Assembly: GCA_028869005.1 (NCBI GenBank)
Contig: JAGWTJ010000001.1
Coordinates: 1 to 55,289 of the forward strand
Direction: 5' to 3'
DNA from: Burkholderiales bacterium
Lineage (GTDB): Bacteria > Pseudomonadota > Gammaproteobacteria > Burkholderiales > Burkholderiaceae_C
DNA: 55,289 nucleotides
Part shown: piece after piece, positions 1 through 9,960 of the stretch
Layout: each line of letters starts with the position of its first letter
How positions within the stretch are numbered: the stretch's first letter is position 1
Made by a program: the position numbers and the translations under genes
Notes under the pieces: generated by a model
What the model was told of the DNA's origin: nothing
Databases searched by the model: none
Seen by the model: only the letters and a program-made list of their open reading frames with translations

Positions 1-1536
1 CACGAACAGGTTCTGCTCGTGCAGCACCTTGTTGTGCTTGAGGTTGTGCAACAGCGCGAACGGCGTGATGCCGGCCTCGACGTGCAGGAAGACGGCGGTG
101 CCGCGCACGCGCAGCGGCGGATTGACGAACAGCGCCTCGAGGAAGCTCGCCAGATCGATCGACTCGTGGCGGCGGCGGTCGCGCATCAGGCGGCGACCCT
201 GCTTCCAGGTCAGCATCAGCGTGAACATGCCGATGCCGATGGCCACCGGGAACCAGCCGCCCTCGAGCAGCTTGACGGCGTTGGCGGCGAAGAACGTGAA
301 GTCGACGACGAAGAACACGCAGGTCGCGGCCACCGCCAGCGCGAGCGGCACGTGCCACGCGTAGCGCACGACGAAGAAGGTCATGACGGTGGTGATCGTC
401 ATGTCGATCGTCACCGCGATGCCGTAGGCCGAGGCCAGCGCGCTCGACGAGCCGAACACCACCACCGCGAACACGACGAACGCGAACAGGGTCCAGTTGA
501 CGAACGGCATGTAGATCTGCCCCGTCTCGCGCACCGAGGTGTGCGCGATGCGCAGCGGCGGCAGGTAGCCCAGTTGCACCACCTGCTTGCTGACCGAGAA
601 GGCGGCCGTGATCAGCGCCTGCGACGCGATCACCGAGGCCAGCGTGGCCAGCACGATGAGCGGAAACAGCGCCCACGGCGGCGCCAGCTCGAAGAACGGG
701 TTGCGCACGTCCTGCGGCTGCGCCATCAGCATCGCGCCCTGGCCAAAGTAGTTGACGAGCAGCGCCGGCAGCACGATCGCGAACCAGGCCGTGCGGATCG
801 GCCGCTTGCCGAAGTGGCCGAGGTCGGCGTACAGCGCCTCGGCACCGGTCACGCACAGCACGACCGCGCCCAGCGCCACGAAGGCCACGCCCGGATGGCG
901 CAGCACGAAGCCGAGCGCGTGGTGCGGCAGCAGTGCGAGCAGCACGCGCGGGTTGTCGACGAGGTGCGGCAGGCCGAGCAGGGCGATCGTGACGAACCAG
1001 GCGAGCATCACCGGACCGAAGAAGCGGCCGACGACGCCCGAGCCGAAGCGCTGCGCGGCGAACAGGCCGGCGATGACGCCGAGCGTGATCGGCACGATGA
1101 AGCGGTGCAGCCCCGGCGCCGCCACTTCCAGGCCCTCGACCGCCGACAGCACCGTGATGGCCGGCGTGATGACGCCGTCGCCGAAGAACACCGCGGTGCC
1201 GAAGATGCCGACCAGCAACAGGGAACGACGCAGCCGCGGGTGCGGGCGCACGGCGTTGGACGCCAGCGCCAGCATCGCGATCAGCCCGCCCTCGCCGTTG
1301 TTGTCGGCGCGCAGGATCAGCACGACGTACTTGACGCTGACGATGATGGTCAGCGTCCAGAACACCAGCGACAGGATGCCCAGCACGTTGTCGGGCGCCA
1401 GCGGCACGCGCCCCTGCGCGAACACCTCCTTCAATGCATACAGCGGGCTGGTGCCGATGTCGCCGTAGACGACGCCGACGGCGCCGAGCGTGAGGGCGGC
1501 GAGCGCACGCCCGCGCGGCGTCTCGTCGCGTCTCAC
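1..1536 (-). CDS. kup: Potassium uptake transporter Kup (3' end runs off the window)
   Basis: Not in the ORF track. Manual minus-strand translation from GTG at 1536 (GTGA overlap with the gshA stop) gives ...[25 protein letters not shown]...[20 protein letters not shown]..., the KUP/HAK/KT signature. Confidence 0.95.
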   Translation of the reverse strand, partial: MRRDETPRGRALAALTLGAVGVVYGDIGTSPLYALKEVFAQGRVPLAPDNVLGILSLVFWTLTIIVSVKYVVLILRADNNGEGGLIAMLALASNAVRPHPRLRRSLLLVGIFGTAVFFGDGVITPAITVLSAVEGLEVAAPGLHRFIVPITLGVIAGLFAAQRFGSGVVGRFFGPVMLAWFVTIALLGLPHLVDNPRVLLALLPHHALGFVLRHPGVAFVALGAVVLCVTGAEALYADLGHFGKRPIRTAWFAIVLPALLVNYFGQGAMLMAQPQDVRNPFFELAPPWALFPLIVLATLASVIASQALITAAFSVSKQVVQLGYLPPLRIAHTSVRETGQIYMPFVNWTLFAFVVFAVVVFGSSSALASAYGIAVTIDMTITTVMTFFVVRYAWHVPLALAVAATCVFFVVDFTFFAANAVKLLEGGWFPVAIGIGMFTLMLTWKQGRRLMRDRRRHESIDLASFLEALFVNPPLRVRGTAVFLHVEAGITPFALLHNLKHNKVLHEQNLFV

Positions 1537-2813
1537 TCGTAGCTTTCGGCGTCCGGGTCGGTGGCTTCGAGTTCGTAGGCCGCGGCCAGCATCGCCAGAC
1601 GGCCGATCACGCCGTACATGTAGAAGCGGTTGGGCGGACTGGCACCGGGCTTGGCGCCGCGACGCGGCAGGTGGTGGCTCTGGGCGAAGGCCAGCGGCAC
1701 GAAGGCCGCTCCCGGCGCGACGAGGTTCTCGTCGGCGCGGCGTCCGGCGTGCACGCGGTAGTAGCCGCCGACCACGTAGCGGTCGATCATGCACACCACC
1801 GGCTCGGCGACGGCGTCGTTGATGCGCTCGTGCGTCGGCACGCCCTCCTGCACCAGCATCTCGCGCGCGCTCGCGCCGCCGGCGAAGAGCTGCGCGCGCA
1901 ACTCCGGCGCCGCCAGCTCGGCGGCATCGCGCAGCGTGACGACGCCCTGGCCGCGGCCGCCATCGTCGGCCTTCAGCACGACGTAGGGCTTGTCGGCGAT
2001 GCCGTACTCCTTGTGCTTGCGCCGCAGCTTGGCCAGCAGCGCATCGGCGCCGGCCTGCAGCGCCTCGAGCCCCTGGCCGCCTTCGGCCTCGACGCGGCCG
2101 TGGCTGCCCGTCATCGGCGTGATCAGCCAGGGATCCATGCCGAGCAGCTTGGCGAACTTCTTGGCCACCTCCTCGTAGCTCTGGAAGTGGCGCGACATGC
2201 GCCGCACGCCCCAGCCGGCGTGCAGCGGCGGCAGCAGGTACTGCTCGTACAGGCCGCGCAGCGTGCGCGGCACGCCCTGCGCGAGATCGTCGTTGAGCAG
2301 CACCGTGCAGGGGTCGAAGCCGGCCAGGCCGAGCCGGCGCCGGCGGCGCACCAGCGGCTCGAGCGCAAGCTCGCCGCCATCGGGCAGCACGAGCTTGCGC
2401 GGCGCCTCGAGTGCCGGGTCGAGCGAGCCCAGGCGCACGTTGAGCCCGGCCAGCGTGAACACCTGCACCAGGCGGCTGAGGTGCTCGAGGTAGAAGCTGC
2501 TGGTGGACGCTGCCGGGATCAGCAGCAGGTTCTTCGCCTCCGGGCAGATCTTCTCGATCGCCGCCATCGCGGCCTGCACCGCCAGCGGCAGCATGTCCTC
2601 GGTCAGGTGGTCGAAGCCGCGCGGAAACAGATCGGTGTCGACCGGCGCCAGCTTGAAGCCGGCGTTGCGCAGGTCCACCGAGGTGTAGAACGGCGGCGTG
2701 TGCTCCATCCACTCGAGCCGGAACCAACGCTCGATGGCGGGCATCGATTCGAGGACGCGCGCCTCGAGCTCGTTGATGGGGCCGGTGAGCGCCGTGATCA
2801 GGTGCGGGACCAT
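1533..2813 (-). CDS. gshA: Glutamate-cysteine ligase, ATP-grasp (T. ferrooxidans) type; divergent motifs
   Basis: [37 protein letters not shown] and C-terminal [17 protein letters not shown] are typical of betaproteobacterial GshA; several conserved motifs are altered (see findings). Confidence 0.92.
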   Translation of the reverse strand: MVPHLITALTGPINELEARVLESMPAIERWFRLEWMEHTPPFYTSVDLRNAGFKLAPVDTDLFPRGFDHLTEDMLPLAVQAAMAAIEKICPEAKNLLLIPAASTSSFYLEHLSRLVQVFTLAGLNVRLGSLDPALEAPRKLVLPDGGELALEPLVRRRRRLGLAGFDPCTVLLNDDLAQGVPRTLRGLYEQYLLPPLHAGWGVRRMSRHFQSYEEVAKKFAKLLGMDPWLITPMTGSHGRVEAEGGQGLEALQAGADALLAKLRRKHKEYGIADKPYVVLKADDGGRGQGVVTLRDAAELAAPELRAQLFAGGASAREMLVQEGVPTHERINDAVAEPVVCMIDRYVVGGYYRVHAGRRADENLVAPGAAFVPLAFAQSHHLPRRGAKPGASPPNRFYMYGVIGRLAMLAAAYELEATDPDAESYE

Positions 2814-2912
2814 CGGCGCATTCTATGGAGCCGGCGCACCCGACCGGCTGCCGGCGCCAGCCATCGCTTGCGCGGCCATCGGGGGCACCCGTTGGCGGGC
2901 GCCCTTCGTGCG

Positions 2913-2927
2913 GCACCCGCCTGGTGC
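2913..2927. promoter_or_regulatory. Possible NtrC-type binding site
   Basis: GCAC-CCGCCTG-GTGC matches GCAC-N7-GTGC; single site in high-GC DNA. Confidence 0.35.
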
Positions 2928-2979
2928 TGGCGGCCCGACGCGGGCGGCACACAGAATCGATCGCACGGAGGTTCCCGAC

Positions 2980-4500
2980 ATGGCACTGGCAGTGGTTCGC
3001 AGCCGTTCGCTCGATGGGCTCGACGCGCCGGCCGTGCATGTCGAGGTGCAACTGGCCAACGGGCTGCCCTGCTTTACGCTGGTCGGTCTGGCCGACACCG
3101 AAGTGAAGGAGGCGCGCGAGCGGGTGCGCGCCGCGCTTCAGCAGAGCGGCTTCGCGTTCCCGCACAACAAGCGCATCACCGTCTACCTGGCGCCAGCCGA
3201 TCTGCCCAAGGAGTCGGGCCGCTTCGACCTGCCGATCGCGCTGGGCGTGCTGGCGGCCGATGGCCAGCTCGACGCGGCCAAGCTGGCGCGCTGCGAGTTC
3301 GCGGGCGAGCTGTCGCTGGCAGGCGAGCTGCGCCCGGTACGCGGCGCGCTCGCGCTGGCGCTGGCGGCGCGGCGCGGCGGCGCCAAAGGCGCCCTGGTGC
3401 TGCCGCACGCCAGCGCCGCTTCGGCCGCCCTGGTACCGGGGCTCGACGTGCGCGGCGCCGAGACGCTGGCGCAGGTCGCGGCGGCGCTGCAGCCGGGCGA
3501 CGACGCGCCGCCGCTGCCCTGCGCCGTGCCGGCGGTGCCGCCGCGCACGACGGCGGACGGCGCGCCGGACCTGCGCGACATCAAGGGCCAGGCCAGCGCC
3601 AAGCGCGCGCTCGAGGTCGCGGCGGCCGGCGCGCACAGCCTGCTGCTGATCGGGCCGCCGGGCACCGGCAAGTCGATGCTCGCGCAGCGGCTGGCGGGGC
3701 TGCTGCCGCCGCTCACCGACGACGAGGCGCTCGAAAGCGCGGCGCTGCTCGGGCTCGGGGCCGACGCCGTCGCTTACGGGCGCCGGCCGGTGCGCGCGCC
3801 GCATCACACGGCGAGCGCGGTGGCGCTGGTCGGCGGCGGCTCGCCGCCACGGCCCGGCGAGATCTCGCTCGCGCACGGCGGCGTGCTCTTCCTCGACGAG
3901 ATCCCGGAGTTCGCGCGCGCCGCGCTCGAGGCGCTGCGCGAGCCGCTCGAATCGGGTCGCATCACGATTTCGCGCGCTGCGCGTCAGGCCACGTTTCCGG
4001 CGCGCTTCCAGCTCGTCGCAGCGATGAACCCGTGCCCCTGCGGCTGGCTCGGCGCGTCAGCCGCGAGCAGCCACTCCTGCCGCTGCACGCCCGACGCGGT
4101 GGCGCGCTACCGGGGGCGGCTGTCGGGGCCGCTGCTCGACCGCATCGACCTGCAGGTCGAGGTCCTTGCCGCGGGCGCCGAGGAACTGCTGGCCGCGCCC
4201 GCGGGCGAATCGAGTGCCGCCGTCGCGCAGCGCGTGGCGGCGGCACGCCGGCGCCAGCTGGAACGCCAGGGCGGCGCCAACGCGCTGCTCGATGCCGGCG
4301 GCATCGACACGCATGCGCGGCTGGACGCCGCGGCGAGCGGCTTCATGAAGACGGCAGCCGCGCGCCTGGGCTGGTCGGGCCGGCGTCTGCACCGCGCGCT
4401 CAAGGTCGCACGCACGATCGCCGATCTGGCCGGCGCCGACGGCGTGGCCACGGTCCACGTGGCTGAGGCGCTGCAGTGGCAGCGCGCGGCGGGCGGCTGA
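2980..4500 (+). CDS. comM: YifB/ComM family Mg-chelatase-like AAA ATPase
   Basis: GGAGG RBS before ATG 2980; [35 protein letters not shown], Walker [48 protein letters not shown]. Confidence 0.95.
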   Translation: MALAVVRSRSLDGLDAPAVHVEVQLANGLPCFTLVGLADTEVKEARERVRAALQQSGFAFPHNKRITVYLAPADLPKESGRFDLPIALGVLAADGQLDAAKLARCEFAGELSLAGELRPVRGALALALAARRGGAKGALVLPHASAASAALVPGLDVRGAETLAQVAAALQPGDDAPPLPCAVPAVPPRTTADGAPDLRDIKGQASAKRALEVAAAGAHSLLLIGPPGTGKSMLAQRLAGLLPPLTDDEALESAALLGLGADAVAYGRRPVRAPHHTASAVALVGGGSPPRPGEISLAHGGVLFLDEIPEFARAALEALREPLESGRITISRAARQATFPARFQLVAAMNPCPCGWLGASAASSHSCRCTPDAVARYRGRLSGPLLDRIDLQVEVLAAGAEELLAAPAGESSAAVAQRVAAARRRQLERQGGANALLDAGGIDTHARLDAAASGFMKTAAARLGWSGRRLHRALKVARTIADLAGADGVATVHVAEALQWQRAAGG

Positions 4501-4526
4501 CGCGCGCGTCCGAGGCGGCGCGCCTG

Positions 4527-6716
4527 TCAGATCGCGATCGGATCGACGTCCACTGCCCAGCGCAGTAGCCCCTTGTGGCGGCCGCGCAGCTCGTGCAGCT
4601 GCGGCAGCCAGGCGGCAAGCGCTCGCTGCAGCGCCGTGCGCGAGCGCGACTCGAGCAGCATCTGCACGCGCTCGACATCGGCCACGCGCGAGACGGGCGG
4701 CGGCACCGGCGCGTACACGCTGACGCCGCCCGCGCGCTCGACCAGCGTCGCGGCCTCGCGCAGGAAGGCGATGGCGACGGCGGCCTCGCGCGCCTCGGCG
4801 CGCAGCAGCGCCAGGCTGGCGAACGGCGGCAGGCCGGCGCTCTCGCGCTCGGCGAGTTGCGTCGCGGCGAAGGCCTCGTAGTCGTGCGCGCGCAGCGCGG
4901 CATACAGGCGGTGTCCCGGGTACCACGTCTGCACCCACATCTCGCCGCGCTCGGCCTGCGCGGCATCGCGGCCGGCGCGGCCGGCGGCCTGCATGAGCAG
5001 CGCGAACAGCCGCTCGGGTGCGCGGAAGTCGCTGCTGAAGAGGGCGCTGTCCGGGTTGACCGCGGCCACCAGCGTGACGCGGCGGAAGTCATGGCCCTTG
5101 GCCAGGATCTGCGTGCCCACCATCACGTCGACCTCGCCGGCGTGCGCCGCGGCCAGGTGCTGCACCAGCTTGCCGGCGCCGCGCGTGCTGTCGGCGTCGA
5201 TGCGCGCGATGCGCGCTCCCGGCAGCAGCAGCGTGAGCTGCTCCTCGAGCTTCTCGGTGCCGCGGCCGATCGGCGCGATGTCCAGGTTGCCGCAGTCGGG
5301 GCAGGCACGCGGCACACGCTCGGCCAGACCGCAATGGTGACAGCGCAGCGTGCGGTCGGACTTGTGGAACACGCGCCAGGCACTGCAGTGCGGGCAACCG
5401 CTCTTCCAACCGCAGGCGCCGCAGTGCAGCACCGGCGCGTAGCCGCGGCGATTGAGCAGCACGAGGCTTTGCTCGCCGCGCGCCAGCCGCTCGCGCAGCG
5501 CCTCGGTGAGCGCGGGTGCGAGCACGAGCTCGCTCGCCGGCGTGCGCGGCAGTGTCGACATGTCGAGCACGCGCACGCGCGGCAGCGTGGCGCCGCCGAC
5601 GCGCGTCGACAGCATCAGCCGCCGGTAGCGGCCCTCGCGCATGTTCTGCCAGCTCTCGAGCGACGGCGTGGCCGAGCCGAGCAGCACCGGGATGCGCAGC
5701 CGGTGCGCGCGCCACACGGCGAGGTCGCGCGCCGAGTAGCGTGCGCCCTCCTGCTGCTTGAACGACGGATCGTGCTCCTCGTCGACGACCACCAGCCCCA
5801 GGCGCGGCAGCGACGTGAAGACTGCCAGCCGCGTGCCGAGCACCAGATCGGCCCGCCCGAGGTGGGCGAGCAGCCAGTGCGCCAGCCGCGCCGCCGGCGT
5901 CAGGCCGCTGTGCAGGCTGACCAGCCTGCGGCCCGGAAAGCGCGCCGCGAAGCGCGCCTCGAGCTGCGGCGTGAGGTTGATCTCGGGCACCAGCACCAGC
6001 ACCTGGCGGCCGGCGACCAGCGCCGCCGCGGCCGCGTTCAGGTAGACCTCGGTCTTGCCGCTGCCCGTCACGCCATGCAGCAAGGTGGGGCGGTCGGACG
6101 CGGCCAGCGCCGCCAGCGCCACCGACTGCTCGTCGTTGAGCCGCGGCGGCGCGTCCGGCGGCACCTGCGGCACCGTCGCGGCAGGTGAGGCCGCGGCACG
6201 CGCGCCGGATGCCACTGGCGCCGCCGGGATGACGACCTCGGCGGCGACCTCGGCGGCGACCTGCGTATTCCGCGCCAGGCGCGCGAGCCGCCGTCCGAGC
6301 TGCACTGGGTCGAGCTTGCGCAGCTCGGGCGGCAGCACCGAAAGCGCCAGCTCGCCGACGCTGCGCTGGTAGTAGCCCGCAGCAAAGGCGACGAGGTCGC
6401 GCCATTCGGCGGCGAGCGGCGGCAACGCCGTGAACGCGAGCGACACCGGGCGCAGGACGACGCCCGCGGCCGCAGCGCCGGCGTCGGGCGCCGGGTCCCA
6501 CGCGATCCCCGGCACCTCGCGTCGGCCCAGGGGCACGCGCAGCAGGGTGCCGGGCGCGACCGGCAGGCCGCTTTCGTAGTCCAGCAGCGAACCGATGCCT
6601 GAGTACAGCGGTGCTTCGACAGCGACGGCCAGTCGATGCGGCGGCGCCGCTGTAGTCGCCGCTGCAGGCGCTGGCGCGGACGCCACTGCAGCGGACGTCG
6701 GCACGGCGCTCTTCAC
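4527..6716 (-). CDS. priA: Primosomal protein N' (replication restart helicase)
   Basis: LLHGVTGSGKTEVY, LVPEINLTPQ, DEEHD, GSATPSLES, LLNRRGY, Cys-rich zinc motifs, QAAGRAGR, C-terminal WAVDVDP. Start uncertain (GTG 6716, TTG 6722 or further downstream). Confidence 0.95.
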   Translation of the reverse strand: MKSAVPTSAAVASAPAPAAATTAAPPHRLAVAVEAPLYSGIGSLLDYESGLPVAPGTLLRVPLGRREVPGIAWDPAPDAGAAAAGVVLRPVSLAFTALPPLAAEWRDLVAFAAGYYQRSVGELALSVLPPELRKLDPVQLGRRLARLARNTQVAAEVAAEVVIPAAPVASGARAAASPAATVPQVPPDAPPRLNDEQSVALAALAASDRPTLLHGVTGSGKTEVYLNAAAAALVAGRQVLVLVPEINLTPQLEARFAARFPGRRLVSLHSGLTPAARLAHWLLAHLGRADLVLGTRLAVFTSLPRLGLVVVDEEHDPSFKQQEGARYSARDLAVWRAHRLRIPVLLGSATPSLESWQNMREGRYRRLMLSTRVGGATLPRVRVLDMSTLPRTPASELVLAPALTEALRERLARGEQSLVLLNRRGYAPVLHCGACGWKSGCPHCSAWRVFHKSDRTLRCHHCGLAERVPRACPDCGNLDIAPIGRGTEKLEEQLTLLLPGARIARIDADSTRGAGKLVQHLAAAHAGEVDVMVGTQILAKGHDFRRVTLVAAVNPDSALFSSDFRAPERLFALLMQAAGRAGRDAAQAERGEMWVQTWYPGHRLYAALRAHDYEAFAATQLAERESAGLPPFASLALLRAEAREAAVAIAFLREAATLVERAGGVSVYAPVPPPVSRVADVERVQMLLESRSRTALQRALAAWLPQLHELRGRHKGLLRWAVDVDPIAI

Positions 6717-6745
6717 ATTCAAGGATTCACCTGCAGAGTCACTCG

Positions 6746-6989
6746 CAAGTCACTGATCACAAAGTGTTTTCAGACTTGTCCGCTTTTTCTGTGGACAACT
6801 TTGTGGACTAGCGGATGTCAGCGCGGCCAAGTGGTTGATTCTGCTGGCTCGGCGTTGCCGAGGCACATTGCGCGGCAGGATCACGCGCCTTTATGAAACA
6901 ACAACTTAGCGACGTGTGCCGCGTGCGCGCCGGGCGCGCCAAGCAGTCGGTGTGAACATTCGCCGCAACCACTGCGCTGGGGATAAGTC
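6746..6989. promoter_or_regulatory. DnaA-box/IHF-site cluster (DARS-like element)
   Basis: DnaA-like boxes TTGTCCGCT 6776-6784, TGTGGACAA 6790-6798, TGTGGACTA 6802-6810, TGGGGATAA 6978-6986; IHF-consensus matches at 6828-6840 (perfect), 6896-6908 (1 mismatch), 6746-6758 (2 mismatches); locally AT-richer. Confidence 0.72.
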
Positions 6990-7043
6990 AAGCCCTGAGC
7001 GCTCACTTACCGGCTTGCGGAACGGCGGCCGCAGGTGCCGCGA

Positions 7044-8132
7044 TCAGTCCGCCGCCCGCAGCGCACGCGAGTGGGCGTGGACCGCCTCCACCAGGGCCGT
7101 CACATGCTCGGGGGGCGTGTGCTGGTTGATACCGTGTCCGAGATTGAAGACATGGCCGCCGCAGCCGCCGTCGTCGCGTTGCGCGCGTCCGAAGCTGTCG
7201 AGCACGGCACGCGCCTCGGCCGCCACGACCTCGGGCGGCGCGAACAGCACCGCCGGGTCGAGGTTGCCCTGCAGCGCCACCCGGTCGTCGACGCGCCGCC
7301 GCGCCGCGCCCAGGTCGACGCTCCAGTCCAGGCCGACGACGTCGGCGCCGCACGCGGCGATCTGCTCGAGCCACGGCGCGCCGCCCTTGGTGAAGACGAT
7401 GCTCGGCACGCGTTCGCCGTCGTGCTCGCGCTCGAGCGCGGCGACGACGCGGCGCGTGTACTCGAGGCTGAAGCGCTGGAAGGCGCCGTCGGCGAGCACG
7501 CCGCCCCAGGAGTCGAACAGCATCACCGCTTGCGCGCCGGCGTCGATCTGCGCGTTCAGATAGGCGGCCACCGCCTTCGCGTTGATGTCGAGGATGCGGT
7601 GCATCAGATCCGGCCGCGCGTAGAGCATGCTCTTGACGATGCGGTAGTCGTCGCTGCCGGCGCCCTCGACCATGTAGCAGGCGAGCGTCCACGGACTGCC
7701 GGCGAAGCCGATCAGCGGTACGCGTCCGCCGAGCGCCTTGCGGATCGAGCGCACGGCCTCGAACACGTAGTTCAGTCGATCCAGATCGGGCACGCGCAAC
7801 GCCGCCACCGCCGCCTCGTCGCGCAGCGGCCGCGCAAAACGGGGGCCCTCGCCGGCGGCAAAGCTCAGGCCCAGGCCCATCGCGTCGGGCACGGTGAGGA
7901 TGTCGGAGAACAGGATCGCCGCGTCCAGCGCATAGCGCTCGAGCGGCTGCAGCGTGACCTCGGTGGCGAAGTCGGGGCTCGTCGCCAGACCCATGAAGCT
8001 GCCGGCGCGTGCGCGCGCGGCGTTGTATTCGGGCAGGTAGCGGCCGGCCTGGCGCATCAGCCACAGCGGCGTGTACGCCGTCGGCTGGCGCAGGCAGGCG
8101 CGCAGGAAGGTGTCGTTGAGCGGGCGCGGCAT
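7044..8132 (-). CDS. hemE: Uroporphyrinogen decarboxylase
   Basis: [49 protein letters not shown]. Confidence 0.97.
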   Translation of the reverse strand: MPRPLNDTFLRACLRQPTAYTPLWLMRQAGRYLPEYNAARARAGSFMGLATSPDFATEVTLQPLERYALDAAILFSDILTVPDAMGLGLSFAAGEGPRFARPLRDEAAVAALRVPDLDRLNYVFEAVRSIRKALGGRVPLIGFAGSPWTLACYMVEGAGSDDYRIVKSMLYARPDLMHRILDINAKAVAAYLNAQIDAGAQAVMLFDSWGGVLADGAFQRFSLEYTRRVVAALEREHDGERVPSIVFTKGGAPWLEQIAACGADVVGLDWSVDLGAARRRVDDRVALQGNLDPAVLFAPPEVVAAEARAVLDSFGRAQRDDGGCGGHVFNLGHGINQHTPPEHVTALVEAVHAHSRALRAAD

Positions 8133-8154
8133 GCAGGGGATTATCGGGGCCGCT

Positions 8155-8208
8155 CGGTGTCGGGCGGCGTGGGGCGGCGTGGGCCGGCGTGGGGCGGCGT
8201 GGGCCGGC
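8155..8208 (+). repeat. 10-bp tandem repeat (CGGCGTGGGG/C), about 5.4 copies
   Basis: cggtgtcggg cggcgtgggg cggcgtgggc cggcgtgggg cggcgtgggc cggc in the hemE/lemA divergent intergenic region. Confidence 0.9.
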
Positions 8209-8317
8209 ACACTTGAAGCGCCGGCGGCGCGCCGCATCTTCGGCACGATGTGCGGCGCCGTTACGATGCGCCCGTCGGTGGCCGCTGCGTTGCCACCGCT
8301 TCGAGAGGAGGATTCCG

Positions 8318-8941
8318 ATGTCGCTCACCCGTCGCCTCGCGGCCGCCCTGGCCGTCGGCACCGCGCTGCTGCTCGGCGGCTGCGGCTACAACGACTTCCA
8401 GCGCCTGGACGAGCAGACCAAGGCCGCCTGGAGCGAGGTCCTCAACCAGTACCAGCGGCGCGCCGACTTGGTGCCCAACCTCGTCGCCACCGTCAAGGGC
8501 GAAGCCAGCTTCGAGCAGGAGACACTGACGCGGGTGATCGAGGCGCGCGCCAAGGCCACGAGCATCCAGGCCACGCCCGAACTCATCAACAACCCCGAGG
8601 CCTTCGCCAAGTTCCAGCAGGCCCAGGGCGAGTTGACGAGCGCCTTGAGCCGGCTGCTGGTGGTGAGCGAGAACTACCCGACCCTGAAGGCCAACCAGGG
8701 CTTCCAGGATCTGCGCGTGCAACTCGAAGGCACAGAGAACCGCATCACCGTGGCGCGCAACCGCTACATCAAGGCGGTGCAGGAGTACAACGTGCTGGCG
8801 CGCCAGTTCCCGACCAACCTCACGGCGATGGTCTTCCACTACGCGGTCAAGCCGAACCTCACGGTAGCCAACGAGGCGCAGATCAGCGCGCCGCCGACGG
8901 TCGACTTCGGCAAGCCCGCGGCGCCGGCCGCGTCGAAGTAG
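8318..8941 (+). CDS. lemA: LemA family lipoprotein
   Basis: GAGGAGG RBS; lipobox LLGGCGYN; [13 protein letters not shown]; [12 protein letters not shown]; [15 protein letters not shown]. Confidence 0.93.
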   Translation: MSLTRRLAAALAVGTALLLGGCGYNDFQRLDEQTKAAWSEVLNQYQRRADLVPNLVATVKGEASFEQETLTRVIEARAKATSIQATPELINNPEAFAKFQQAQGELTSALSRLLVVSENYPTLKANQGFQDLRVQLEGTENRITVARNRYIKAVQEYNVLARQFPTNLTAMVFHYAVKPNLTVANEAQISAPPTVDFGKPAAPAASK

Positions 8942-8959
8942 CACACGCGAAGTCAGCCC

Positions 8960-9931
8960 ATGCGCGAGCGGCCTGCCGGGCACCGTGGACGCCATGCGGG
9001 CGCGGCCTGCGCGCCGTGGGCGCGGCTTGCGTTGTGCGTGCTGCTCGCCACGTTCGCCGCCTTCGTCGCGCTCGGGCCGGCGCAGGCTCAGGACGTACAG
9101 CCCGTGCCCGCGCTCGGCGCACGCATCATCGACCGCACCGGCACGCTGAGCGCCGCGCAGCGCGATGCGCTCGATGCCAAGCTCGCCGCGTTCGAGGCAC
9201 AGTCCGGCCCGCAGATCGTCGTGCTGCTGGTGCCGACGACGCAGCCCGAGGACATCGCCTCCTACGCCCAGCGCGTGGCCGACACCTGGAAGATCGGACG
9301 GCGTGCGGTCGGCGACGGCCTGCTCGTGGTCGTCGCCAAGAACGACCGCCAGGTGCGCATCGAGGTGGCCAAGGCGCTCGAAGGCGCGGTGCCCGACCTG
9401 GCCGCGCGGCAGATCATCGACAACGCCATCCGGCCGGCGTTTCGTGCCGACGACTATGCCGGCGGACTGAATGCCGCGGTCGACCAGCTCATCGCCCGCA
9501 TCAAGGGCGAGGGGCTGCCCGCGCCGGTCCCGGCGGCGCGCCAGAGCGCGCAGCCGGGCCTGCAGCTCGACGATGTCTGGATGTTCTTCTTCGTCGGCGT
9601 GCCGGTCGTCGGCGCACTGCTGACGGGTCTGTTCGGCCGCAAGCTCGGCTCGCTGCTCACCGCGGGCGCGGCGGGCGGCCTGGGCTGGTGGCTGACCGCG
9701 AGCCTGCTGGTGGCCGGCGGCGCGGCGCTGGCCTCGCTGGTGCTGGTGGGCCTGTTCGGCATCGGCGCGGCGCTGCGCGGCAGGGGCGGCGGGCCCGGCC
9801 TGCCGCATATCGGCGGCTTTGGCGGTGGCGGCTGGGGCGGCGGTGGAAGCTGGGGTGGAGGCGGCGGCGGCGGATTCAGCTCCGGCGGCGGCGGCGACTT
9901 CGGCGGCGGCGGCGCGTCGGGCAGTTGGTGA
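8960..9931 (+). CDS. TPM (YgcG-like) domain membrane protein with Gly-rich tail
   Basis: IIDRTGTLS, WKIGR, DRQVRIEV, two TM segments, C-terminal GGGFSSGGGGDFGGGGASGSW; follows lemA. Start uncertain. Confidence 0.88.
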   Translation: MRERPAGHRGRHAGAACAPWARLALCVLLATFAAFVALGPAQAQDVQPVPALGARIIDRTGTLSAAQRDALDAKLAAFEAQSGPQIVVLLVPTTQPEDIASYAQRVADTWKIGRRAVGDGLLVVVAKNDRQVRIEVAKALEGAVPDLAARQIIDNAIRPAFRADDYAGGLNAAVDQLIARIKGEGLPAPVPAARQSAQPGLQLDDVWMFFFVGVPVVGALLTGLFGRKLGSLLTAGAAGGLGWWLTASLLVAGGAALASLVLVGLFGIGAALRGRGGGPGLPHIGGFGGGGWGGGGSWGGGGGGGFSSGGGGDFGGGGASGSW

Positions 9932-9960
9932 GGGGCAGGCGCAGGATGGGCACGCACCAC

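Noticed and set aside
19-1542. 507-aa plus-strand ORF and the many other long Arg/Ala/Gly-rich ORFs (e.g. 1671-4466, 13480-16365, 40266-43298)
   Set aside because: They are antisense or out-of-frame shadows of recognisable genes; stop codons are scarce in high-GC DNA.
6234-6262. 12-bp tandem repeat in priA (VAAEVAAEV), and the 9-bp GAQ-type repeat in dsbD near 20356-20394
   Set aside because: In-frame duplications in low-complexity linkers; no sign of function.
6746-6989. oriC as the identity of the DnaA-box cluster
   Set aside because: No dnaA, dnaN, gidA or parAB nearby, few boxes, and no clear AT-rich unwinding element. Not fully excluded without GC skew.
8155-8208. CRISPR array or iteron interpretation of the tandem repeat
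   Set aside because: Units are 10 bp with no spacers; no cas or rep gene is present.
9781-9931. GGC-rich repeat tract
   Set aside because: Encodes the normal Gly-rich tail of TPM/YgcG proteins.
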